Below, in pieces: positions 1 to 10,903 of a stretch of DNA of 64,000 nucleotides (the first letter of the stretch is position 1; each line of letters begins with the position of its first letter). The notes under the pieces are model-generated. The model worked only from the letters and a program-made list of their open reading frames with translations, had not been told where the DNA came from and ran no database searches. Source of the DNA: Raillietiella orientalis (taxonomy: Eukaryota); assembly GCA_036172245.1 (NCBI GenBank), contig JAYWIR010000050.1, forward strand, positions 992,001-1,056,000, written 5' to 3'. The position numbers and the translations under genes are program-made.

Positions 1-819
1 ACGAAGGGGTCACGTGTCTCGCTGCAACCTCGATCACAGGGAGTCTCTTCTTAAAGAGAATGGACATGCAGAGCAGGAGGAAGGAAGCCTCTCCTTTGGG
101 GGACTCTGAGGGTTCGAGGACAAGGGACGGACCTTCGGCTCGCAGGTCAGCTAAGGGCAGAAAGACGGCACGCGCGCGTCAAGAGGAGGGTAACAGTAGG
201 TTAAAAAAATAAAAATAAAAGGAGGTTGAATGAAGGGATTTTAACCTCGCTGCGTTTGCCTTTGCGGCCGACCGTCATCTTCGCAGGTGGCGCCGCTCCG
301 TCGTCACGGAGGAAAGGAGCAACGTTTCTCCGGCCTTGCGCCTTCGCTCGCGCGCACCTCCGAGTCCGTCGCCCCTCAGCGAAACTCCTCAGTAGCGCCT
401 CCAGGGGAAGGGGGGGAGGGGAAGCAGGGACAGCCCCGGATACAGCGGAGGCCACCACGGCCCACGAAAACGCGAGACTCACGAAGAGAAGCGGCCACTC
501 CGACGGAGCGACAGCGCGGCACAGTGGAGATACTCCGCGGCGGGGAGGAGGCACGCACCTTCCCACCCCCATTCCGGCGAGCTCAACGCCGGGACACTTC
601 GCGAGCTCGCGGTAGCATCTGCGAGCGGACGTGACCGTCGTCCCGAGCAACGTGCTCCCGCGCCAACCAAGCACCGCTGATTTCTATCCATCGCTCTCCG
701 CCGCGGAAAGACGGAGGGAGAGTGGTGAGCAGTGTCGCGGTCGCCGGGCCACTTTGCGGCGCGGTCGGGTCGGTGAACGCGTGGATCGAGATCATCGGGG
801 GGAGGCTGCGTTTTATGGA

Positions 820-1090
820 AAGCGATGAGGAAGGTCGAATGCAGGGGATCCTGGACGCGGGCACACAGCAAAGTGGAACTCGCGCAAGCATCATCGTCAG
901 GAGGTCTGCCGCTGCTCCAGAAGCTTGAAGGCGTCGAACCTGTTGGTATCCACGCAGCGAGAGGATCCTGAACTGCTTGCAATCATTCCCTTGGGTTCTT
1001 TCCCCCTGGGCACTACTCTTTCGCAAATAAGACCCCCAGGTTAGAGCTCGAGGTGCTGCGATTCCACTCGTTAAAGTGCGGGGATGACGT
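820..1090 (-). mobile_element. Possible L1/Tx1-like RT C-terminal relic
   Basis: SNLGVLF...LQAVQDPLAAW...SFWS resembles the YLGV...L..W...LS..GR region; multiple stops. Confidence 0.3.
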
Positions 1091-1899
1091 AGGGTGAGCG
1101 ACTAAAAACCTGCCTGGAGCGAGTCTCGCTGACGTCACGCCGCTTCCCGGTCGCTCGCCGTGTATTTTTAGACCGCATTGTTGGCGGCCGCCGTGCTGAT
1201 TGCGCACGCTGGCGCCATGGTGCACCGCGCCGCAGGGCTGAGAAGCCGCCGGTCCGCGAAGACCCCGCGGAAGCGAACACCGGGGGTCCTCGGGACGAAG
1301 GCGCAGGGGGGCTGTGCGGCACCTGTACGGATGGAGTCGTCCATATCGTTCGTTTCTCCTCCCAGAGTTCGGGTCACAAAAGGGGGGGAGGGGAAGAAAA
1401 GAAAAGTACCATTCGCTTGGAAAAAAGAGGACAACACGCTTTGTTGAGAGGGATGGGTACGCACACCTACGACCCCTAAAGACCCTCTCGAGAGGAGACA
1501 GCTCTGGTACATGTAAGAGGAGAAGGAGGAGGGTAGTGTGAAAGCGGTTGTCAGAAACTCCTGCGGAGCCTTAGAAAACCGCGTGGCTGCTGCAAGAACG
1601 CAAGACTGATGGTGTGATAATAGGGTGAAGAATGAGTCTGTCTTGTCCCCGAGTGACGGTTCTCGTTCCGTAGCTGCATCCAGGGAAGCTGCTCCCATTT
1701 CGTCATCCGCCTCGAAAGAACGAGCAGGGCAGGTGGTTTCCTCAGCATCGGACGAAATTTCGAGCCCAGGGCCCAGAGCTTTGTAAGCGCCTGTTCCATT
1801 ATGGAGGGGACTCCGACGGAAGTGTTACTGTTACGGATGTTTCTGAAAGTTCCACAAGCGCGGCGGGCAGCTCTTGGAAACTTAGGAATAGGCGGGTGC

Positions 1900-2290
1900 T
1901 ACCCCCGTGGGAAGGAAACTCTTAGCAAAGACAAGCAGCCAGGGCGAGGCCGTGCTCTCTTCAGGAACCATCTTCTTCCCCTTTTGGAACAAAAGCGGGA
2001 GACGCGTGGCGGGAGAACGATGTGTTTTCCCCTTACGAGGGTCGGTTGCAAATGAGATGCACCGAACGAAGACCCGAGGATCTGAAACGCAGACAGCAGA
2101 TTTCAGATTGTATCCTTCCCGCAACCTAAAAATCGTCCTTGGTAAATTTACCCTCCCACCTCTGAAGATTCAGACGTAAGATCTGGAGCACTTGCTGCAA
2201 TCAATCTAAACTGGGGCCGAGAAGTGTTTTCCTTGTTCCTTTGACCACATAAGGAACCTTCCAGTGTGTACCAGAGTTCAAACTTTGTGT
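1900..2290 (-). mobile_element. Possible second L1/Tx1-like relic
   Basis: QQVLQILRLNLQRWEGKF...VAGRI resembles the L.RW...LS..GR segment after the RT core; stops present. Confidence 0.3.
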
Positions 2291-2599
2291 CCGTGTTGGT
2301 CCCTTTGAAATTGCCATCGGGTTTTGTTCGTTTCCTTCTTCGATGTCGATAATCGGTTCACGTGTGAAGTCATCTATCTACCTTTCTTGCAGAGCGCGTA
2401 CAACTGTCGCGTTCGAACGGACTCCTCTACGAACGAAGAGATCCGAAACTTTCTTCTTGGCCGATGGTCACATCTGCTGACTGTTACCAGGGGTGATGTC
2501 TCGTGAGTGCAACATTTGCCCAGCGAACAGTGTACGCTCAGTAAGTACAGAAGGGCGTGGTGGCTCCCGGGCCTCCGGTAGCGGGAGGGCCAGGAAGAA

Positions 2600-2940
2600 G
2601 GCTGGTGCTCAGAAAAACATCACGCGAGAAGACAGGGAGGGAAAGCCGAAGGGGCTGAGCCACCTGCGTGCACTGAATGTCGAGAGGACAGAGTGTCGAA
2701 GCAGGTGAACCGCTGCTTCGAGCAGACCACGCACAGCTTCATGAACGGCACCTTCGAGCCCATCACTGCAGGGGCGTCCGCCTGTCGCACCGCGTGAAGC
2801 GCGCGACCATCACCGGCGGCGAAGTGTAGACGTGGCGGTGAGACTGCCTGCGGCCTGGCAGAGGCCATTCCGGAAGGCGCCGAACGCGGTGACCAAGTGG
2901 CACGCGAGCTCGGAGCGGGCGCGCCGTGCGGCTGCCCGTG
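2600..2940 (-). mobile_element. Decayed, GC-rich mariner N-terminal (HTH) fragment
   Basis: Single frame with one stop: SELACHLVTAFG...STLRRR*W...GGRPCSD...VHEAVRGLLE...LSTFSARRWLSPFGFPSLSSRV, which follows the mariner AFG / TVxRW / GRP / LGxxxxxxRWVP layout. Confidence 0.45.
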
Positions 2941-3699
2941 CCAAACAAACAACACGCTCTTATCACCCCCAAAGAGCATCTTCCTTCCTCGTTAGCATCG
3001 TGCACGCACTCGACGCGCGTTTTCAAAACGGCCGCTTGCTGTGACATCCGGTCACTCTGGGGCGTTTATTGCAACTTGTAACAATTTGCGCACAATAAAT
3101 AAATAAGAGTACAGAGCAGGGATACCAGGTCCTGCGAGGAATTCTGGATGCGCTGGCGAGAAGCAGAGATCCGGACTCGGCAGTGAAAGCCCTTCCTTGG
3201 AAGGAGAGGAAAGGGTGGCAAGTACAAAAAAAAACAAAAGTGGAGCTTTTTGCGGGGGCAAGGGAGGTAGGGTCCTCACCGTTAATCCCTGGGCCCCTTT
3301 TTCATCCTGGCAAGCTCCACCTTTACGCACTCCAGGTTGGGTCATCTCGTTGGCCTTCTCCAGAAGTAGGTGAAGGCGTTCCCTTCTCGCTTTTCGGCCT
3401 TTTGGCTAAGATCAAAGTGCGTTCTTCTGCGCCTCGTGTCGCGACGGTGGCGCGGAGGCAGTAAGCAATGGCGCTTGGCCTGGCAGGCGGCATTGCTCTT
3501 CTCACCGCCGTCCCCTCTCTCTGAAGGACGAGGACTCCCCGCGTTCCGAGTCCTTATCGCTCTCCGCTGAATCGGAGCTTGCCTGTCCGCCAGCGTTCCT
3601 TCGGCTGTGACCCGAGCGACAGGCCTCACAGGACGTCCCCCGACCTCTCACTGTACGCTTGGAGAGACAGAAAGGAGGCTTGGGGGGGGGGGGGGGGGG

Positions 3700-4130
3700 G
3701 AGAGAACAAGCTATGCGAAAAGTGCAGCTCGTGGCGCGCGGTACCTGCATTCAACGTCTGTCCTTCAGGGGGAGGAAGACATCAGACTTCTTTGTTCGAA
3801 AGCACGTCGTCCCGCACTCTCTGCCGTTTCAGATGGAGCATCCGAGTGTGTTTCCAACGCATCCGTCGTTATTGTGGGGTGTAATAAGGGATGCAGGTAC
3901 GCTGTTTCTCATCGCGTTTTCTGTTCGGGAAAGTCTCCTCAGATGGCGCTCGCGTCCCCTTCTCCAGGGAAGCTCTCGGCAACCGGGTTCTGTTCCTTCT
4001 GCTCTTCCCTATGTCTCTTGGATAGAATTAATAGGATGGCATCCCGTTGAACGGCTCGCGCCTGCTCATCTAAGGATATCGAAACAGCCGACGCTCCTTG
4101 CAGGACATCCTTTTTTTCCCCGCTGGTGTC
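3700..4130 (-). mobile_element. Decayed hAT transposase fragment
   Basis: AVSISLDEQ...ILLILSKR (FSIxLDExTD-like), ITTDA (TDGA-like) and YRAPRAALFA (HCxxHRxAL-like) occur in the hAT order, interrupted by stops. Confidence 0.4.
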
Positions 4131-7100
4131 GGGGAGCTCCTGACACCGGTCGCGTTTCCCCATGTGGAGAGACGTAGGATGGCAGGGATTAAAGCACATT
4201 CACCAACTGGCAATCCTGCGTTTTGTCAGCTGTTCTCCGGGCAGTGAAAGACAGCTAATAAAACGATTAGCTGCTGATGCTGAGGGCGGCTGAGTCACTA
4301 CTAGCGGGCAGGAGCGCGGAGTACTCAGCGCCGGAGGACCGCAGCGGCCTCGCCTCGTATCGATTCCGCTGCTGCCTGGCGACGACGCCTCGCATTGTTG
4401 CCGCGGGGTCGGCTGCGACGGGTTGCCGAGCAGAATCGATCGGCTTGTTCCCGGCGTACCCTCGGTGACACCGCACGCCTCCCCCCCCCCCGGAAGAAAA
4501 TCTTGCCTCCGTCGTTCTCTTCTTGTTTTGGCAAAAATGGGGAAGGCCGTTCAACCCCTTCCCCGACCCTCTCTCTAAGGGCATCGCCGTGCTCTTGCGA
4601 CACACGTGAATTTACTTCGCAGCCTCCCTCCCGCTCCTCGTTGAGCATCCTCGAACGCGTTTCCCTCCCTGACCGCATCCTTCATCCCGGGCTTCGTTCG
4701 ATCCCTCCCGATCTCCTCCCCCTTTTGCTGCGGGATGAAACCGATTCGGACGGCGCGTCGCATACTGGCGGGGCTGGCGCCGCTGCAGCGCCAACGTAGC
4801 AATGCGGCGGACGCCGCCCGACCCCGGTCGACGCGAGGAATGTGCGGGGGAGGAGGAGGAGGAGGGTAGCGAGTCAGGTCAGGGCGTAGCGAGGCCCCTT
4901 CTTCCCGTGGCATTTCGGAAAGGAACTCGCAGCATCCCCTGCGGAGAACGGCCGGTCGAGCGGTCAGGAGCTCTTCTGGTGAAAGCTAGAGGAGGGGAAA
5001 GGGGAACCGGCCCTTTTCCCTCTTCCCCCCTCTCTCGTTTGGTGCGTCCGGTGGCCCGAAAAGCCCTCAGAGGGGCGTGACCGAGCCGCAGCCGAAGTTC
5101 TTAACCGTACCGTGGATTCCCCCTTCCCGAGACTCACGCGGTCCACATCCTGCTTCCCCCTTGGGATTTCCTTTTTCCCCCCCCCCCCTCCTCCCCCTCC
5201 TCGAACCCATTTTTCCTTGGCACTTGATTTGACGGCCGGAGATCGATCAGACCGTGGAGTGAGGGAGGTGCTGAACTCTGTTCCCCCCACGAGATGCGAG
5301 CTTGGTTTCCGGAGCAGGGAGAAGACAAATCCTCGGTCCAATTCTTCTTCCTCTTCGTGCAGGCGCGGTGGCGCCCAACGACCGTCGAGGGGCGGCAGTC
5401 TTCTGCGCTGATGGGCGTCTGGCCGTTCCAAATTTAGCACCTGCCACCGCCGAATCGCGCCGCATTCCGTTTCCCTGACGACGGCGGAGACGCTCCTTTT
5501 CGAAAGGGAGAGCTGCAGCCTGTGTCGGAAGCAGGGGTCGCTCCTCAGGGAGTCATTTCGGCCGGAAGAGGCAGAGGGAGGACCCCTCCCGAAATTCCCG
5601 AAGAGTCGAGGGAAGGGATTTCCTAAGGGAAGGAAGGGGACGCCGGGAACGCGCACGTGTGTCTGTGCATGGCGCAGAGACGGATCGTTCGGAACGCCGC
5701 GAAGCGCATCGGATGACGACGAGCCTGCGTGCAGCTTCCTCCCTGACTTCTCCCCTCGCTGGAGATGATCCCTCGTGGGGGAACTCGGAGGAAACGCGCG
5801 GCGCCGCCCTATCGGTGGCGTTCCGCTCGCTTCGTCATAGGCGCCATCGCAACGAAACGCGTGGCCGCCGCCGTCGTGGTTGAGAGGGGCCCTCCTCTCC
5901 CCCCCTCCCCCCTGCTCCTGCCGCGCTCCGCATCGACCTTGCCTTTGCAAGCTGACAAAGCGACGCTTCATCCTTCCCCCCCCCCCCCCCCTCACCACCA
6001 CCACTTCCTGGGCCGTCCCCCCCCCCTCCCCACCCCCACCGGACGCGGGCGCGCGCGCGTCTCTCCGCGTCCGTTCTTCCCCTTGCGCACTCTCTTCCTC
6101 CTCCCTCCCTTCCCTGATGCAGTGCCGTCTCCTCGCATCCTTCGTTCCTCCTCCCGTCTGCCTGCATGCATGCATGCATCCCGACCTCTTCCCTCCCTCC
6201 TCCCTTCCTTCCCTCCCCCCCAAATTGATTGCAGCTCGCCATTTCGTTCACTGGGCGCGCGCGCATGCGCACTCGCACGTTTTCGTTTTCTTTTTTTGTT
6301 TGCTTCCTCTCTCTCCCTCCTCTCTCGTGCGCGCGCGCTCTTCCTTTCTTCCCCCCCCCCCCCCGTTTGGATTTATCTCTTCCTGGCGTTGGCTGCAGGT
6401 TGAATTCGAGGTCACGTCCTGCTCCTCCTCTTCGTATCTCTTCTTCCTCCTCTCTTCCTGAGCTCCCTCCCTTCACGTCGGGTGAGCGGGAAGTTGGGGG
6501 CGGGACGCACACCCCGCCTGGAGCTCTCCAAGATATGCGCGATGCTAGGGAAGGTGCTACCCCCCGCCCTCCTTTCCCCCCCCCCCCAATTTTTGCCCTC
6601 GGTTGCCATAGTACCGGCGAATAGAAGGGCGTTAAGGAACGATGGAAGGAAGAAGGGAGGTCAGGGTTAACCCAGGACTCTTCCCTTCCCCCCTCCCCCC
6701 TCTGCCTCCATCGTTTCCCTTTTGCGACCCCGATCTTCCTTGGCGAACGGCGTGCCTACTCATGGGGATCGACCCCCCCCCCCCCGAACACGCACGTAAA
6801 GAGAGGGAGGGACGAACCCTTGCGACGCGGCGACGCGTTTCGCGGTGCTGCCGCGGCAGAAGGGGAGAGGGAAGGGGAAGAGGGGCGCTCGAGTACTCGT
6901 TTTGACGGCCGGTATCTCCCGGCAGGCTTGCTACCCCAGGTGCACCGCAGCACGACAAGGTCACTTCCCCCGGTCGGCCCCAGCACGGAAGGGCTGGGCT
7001 CTCTCCCGCTTCGATAAAGCCCCCCTTCATTGAGCGACACGGGGGCGCGCGCGTAAGGGTGGCCGATCTCTGCTCGACCTTCCGCGCTCGGCAACCGGGA

Positions 7101-10100
7101 GAGCAGCCCACTGGGCATCGATTCCTTGTCATCCTCAATATCCAGGGGCAGGGGGCTCTTCCGCCGCCTCCCTGTCTCTCCTCCTCCTCCTGCTCTTCAC
7201 TCGTTGGCGGCGGACGCGGTCGTGCGGAGGAGACTGCGACGCGCGCGTTTGACGACAAAAGGAAAGGGGTGGGTCGGTGGGGTGGGGGGGGGGAGGGGAG
7301 GGCAAGATGGAGTCAGTGTGAGATTCCTAGGTGGTGGCGCTCGTGTTGAAAGGGTCCCGTTTCCGTTTGCCCCCAAACGGTGCTGCTCCACTCCCTCCTT
7401 TCCCCCCCCCCCCCTCCTCCCCATTCGAGCGCTCTTCGAAAACATCGATGCCCGAGTTGCGCGCAGGGGAGGGTAGATGTCACTGGCGCATGCATACGGC
7501 GGTATCGGCGGAGGGGTTCAATGCGCTGCGCACATGCGCCGCAACGTCAAGGCCAGGCGGTTCTCGCTATTGGCCGGGCAGAGCTCGCCTGCCGCGGTTC
7601 GCCCTGTAGCCGGCATCCCTTCCGCGAGAGGGACGCGGAGGGGCCAAGGGTAACGTCCCGGAAGAGCAGAGGGGTTGATGTAGCAACCCGCGATGCGCCT
7701 GCACGCGTTTCGGGCGTCCCCCCGCCGTCAGGCCCGGTTACTTCCGACGGTGGGCCGTCCGCATTCCCACCCTCCCTTCCCCCCTCCCGGTCCGAGGAGG
7801 CACCACGCGAGGCCGTGCCCTGGAGGGAGGAAAGGCAGGAGTGGGAGGAAGAGGAGGTTGGAAGAGGCGCTCGCGCCCGTTGCCGGGGCAACCGCACGAG
7901 ACAGGAGGGACGGCGCGCAGACAAGTGCTCGGTGCTGGCGCGAGCGACGCTCCCCTCCGAACTGCGACGGGAGGACGAGGCGCAACGGCCGCGCACCCCG
8001 TGGCGCTCCCTCAGTTGCTGCTCCTCCCCCCTTTCCTTTCCTCCCTGCCTCTCAGCCTGCTCCGGCTGCCGCCCTCAACGGGTGGGTTGCAGGCGTCACG
8101 TTTTCCAACCCTCAGGGAAGGAGGAGGAGGAGGAGGAAGGGATGCCATCCTGGAAGACGGTGGCAGCGGGAACCCCCAGGTCCGAAACTCCTCGGTAAAG
8201 AGGTGGGACGAGGAGGTATGGCCGTGGTCAACTCCCTTTCCTCCTCCTTTTCCTCTGTTCCTCCTCCTCCTCCTCTTTCCCTCTTCCTTTCTTCTCTTCT
8301 CCCTCCACCTCCCTTCCTTGTCTTCCCATTCCCTGCACTCCACGAGCGACCTTTATTCTTCGAGCGATTTTCTCCGTCGACCGGCATGCCACTCCCCCCC
8401 CCCTCCTCCTCGCAAGCGCCCTCGTGCATGCCCTGAGGCGGCGGACACTCTCGAGCCGAGCCGTTCCCCTGCGGGCCGGTGCCAGAGGGCCGGCGAAGGC
8501 GTTTAGGAGTCCTTCCGGAGCGCGCAAGCACGTGCTGCCGTTGCCCTCGTCAGGAGGAGGCCGTGCAGGGTGATCGCGCCGAGAGAAGGGGAGAGGGGGC
8601 AACGGACGGAACTGGCGAGAGCCCCAAGGCGGAGCGGTGGCTCCCGTCCGCCGCCGCCTCGGTCCATCGGCGTTCGGAGCGGTCCAGGGAGACGGAGGGA
8701 AACCCCGGTGCAGAACCTGACGTGGCTGTAGCGGACGGGGGGGCGTTTCCGGTTGAGGGACCGGGAGGGGGCGGAGGTCGCTCCGAACAGGCAGCAGGCG
8801 ACCTGTTTCGTTTTCTCCTCTTTTTCCCGCCTGGCGCGCCGCCGGGCAGCTCGCCCTCGCGCAGGCGCACTCAGTTGTGAAGGATGCCTCCCGGCAGCGG
8901 GTGCGGGAGACGGGCGGTGTGGCCGAGAGCCGCGCACCCCGCGGAGGGATGGAGTAGGGGAGACGCCCGCGTCGAGGTGCCACCGTCCTGCGGTCACTCC
9001 GCGGAGCCAACATGCTGCCCCTCCCGCCCGGGAGGAGGGAAAGAATCGGGCGGGCCCAAGATAAGGGGGAGGGGGAGTCCCGAGGAAATTCCTCCGTGGG
9101 GAAGTTGGACCGGGCGGGAGAGAGTCGCCTCCTGCACGGATTGGTGGACGGTCGGGAACGCGCACGCCGGAAGATGGTCGCGTGACTCTCCCCTCCCCTT
9201 CCTTCCTGCCCCACGAAGCGGAGACCCGCCGACCTGTCCCCTTTATGGTGGATGGCGGGGAAAGGGAGATGATCGCCTGCGGGTTCCTTCTTGACCTTCC
9301 CCCTCGACGCGATCTTCCGGTAGGTCCCATCTCGCGGGGAGCTGCCAGATCCTCTTTACCCGGAGGGAGCGCGGGTTCGTCAGGAAGCGATGCGGGACGG
9401 AGCGTCGCCCGCGGCGTTCTGATCCCGAGCGCTCGCTCCCCTTCCCTCCCCCCCTCCCTTTCCTTTCTTTCGCGCGGAAGTTTTCTTCCTGCGTCGCCCC
9501 GGACTTTCCCCCCTCGGAGGAAGCGGGGCAACCCCGCGTCCCGCCCCCTCAGGGGTGGGAAGATCCTTCGGAGGGTGAACGGCGGGACCCCTTCCGGTTT
9601 TCGCGGGAAGGTGGCAGCAGCTTCGCTGCCGCATCCGGCAATACGAGAGGGAGTGCGTGATGGGGGTGTGTGCAGACGCATCAACAAGGCAGACGAAAGC
9701 GAAAGTGAAACTCGAGGCTCGGCGGGTGAGTGTGCGTGGCTCTCGGTCCGGGGATGGGGCCGTGGTCAGGAGCAGTCCCTACCCCGCGCCGTTCCGACCA
9801 CCGACCCGCCGCCCTCGCGGCATCCGACCCCCTCCTCCCACCTCTTCCCCGTCCTGCTCTGTCCGGAGTGGTTCGTCCTCCACGCCCGCACCCCCTCCGG
9901 GGAGAGTGCCGTCGTCGTCCCGCAGCGTCCCCGGCTGCGCGCAGGCGCCGGCTCGCTCGCGAGTGGTCCGCGTCTCCCTCTGGCGCGCGCGCGCGCGCCG
10001 CTCCGCCCCTCCGGATGGATCGCGGCGGAGAGAGGCCCATCTGACCCCAAAACCTGCGGAATACCTGCGGAAGCGCGGGGGGTGACGTCACGCACGCCGT

Positions 10101-10873
10101 CCCTCGTGCGGCGGCGGCGGCGGACTCGTTCGCTCGTTCGACTACGCGGGGGCTGCGAGATGCCGCCGTGCGACTCGCGGCGGCGGCGGCGGCACGCGCG
10201 GGAAAGTGCAGGGCGCTCCATCTCCACGTCCCGACTGCAGTGAGCGGGCGCCCTCCTGGCCGTGCGCGTCGCGTGTTCCGTGGTGACCCTAGGGATCGAG
10301 GGCGTCTCTCCCCCGGGCGCGCTTGCGGACGAAGCGCGGCACCTCCCCCGCGCGCGGACGAAGCTCTGCAGGAAGCTGCCTCCATGTCGGCTTTGTAATG
10401 TTTCAATGCATCTTGCAGCAGCAGAGCCACAGGTGGACCTCGAGCAAGCCGGAGATGAAGGACGTCTTCCCAGGTACCGTTCGTTGCGCGGGCGCCGCCG
10501 CCGCCGCGCTGGCGGCGGCGGCGGCGGCGGTGACAGGACCGGGGGAGGGAGGGAGAAGGGGAGGGGGGGGGGGGGAGAAGGCAAGGCCGCGCGGTGGCGC
10601 CCCAGCCGCTGCTGCCCGAACCCTTGCGCTGCGTGCAGTCGAGGAGGTTTTGTGTTCCCCCCTCTCCCGGAAGCGCCGACGATCCCTGCTGCGTTTCCGT
10701 GGCGCTTCCTCTCCTCCTCTGCCGTCTGGCGCGCGAATGCAACGCAGAGAGTTTCCGCGGGTTGCCATCGCGAGCGTGGCGTGGCGTCCGGGCACCGAAG
10801 CAACGCGGGTTCGGGAACGGCGGCCGGCGGCACGCCCGTCGGCCCGCCGCAGGTGTTTTTTGTTGTTTCTTGC

Positions 10874-10903
10874 GGCTGCTGCTGCTGCTGCTGCTGCTGC
10901 TGC
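10874..10903. repeat. (GCT)n microsatellite
   Basis: About nine to ten tandem GCT units. Confidence 0.9.
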
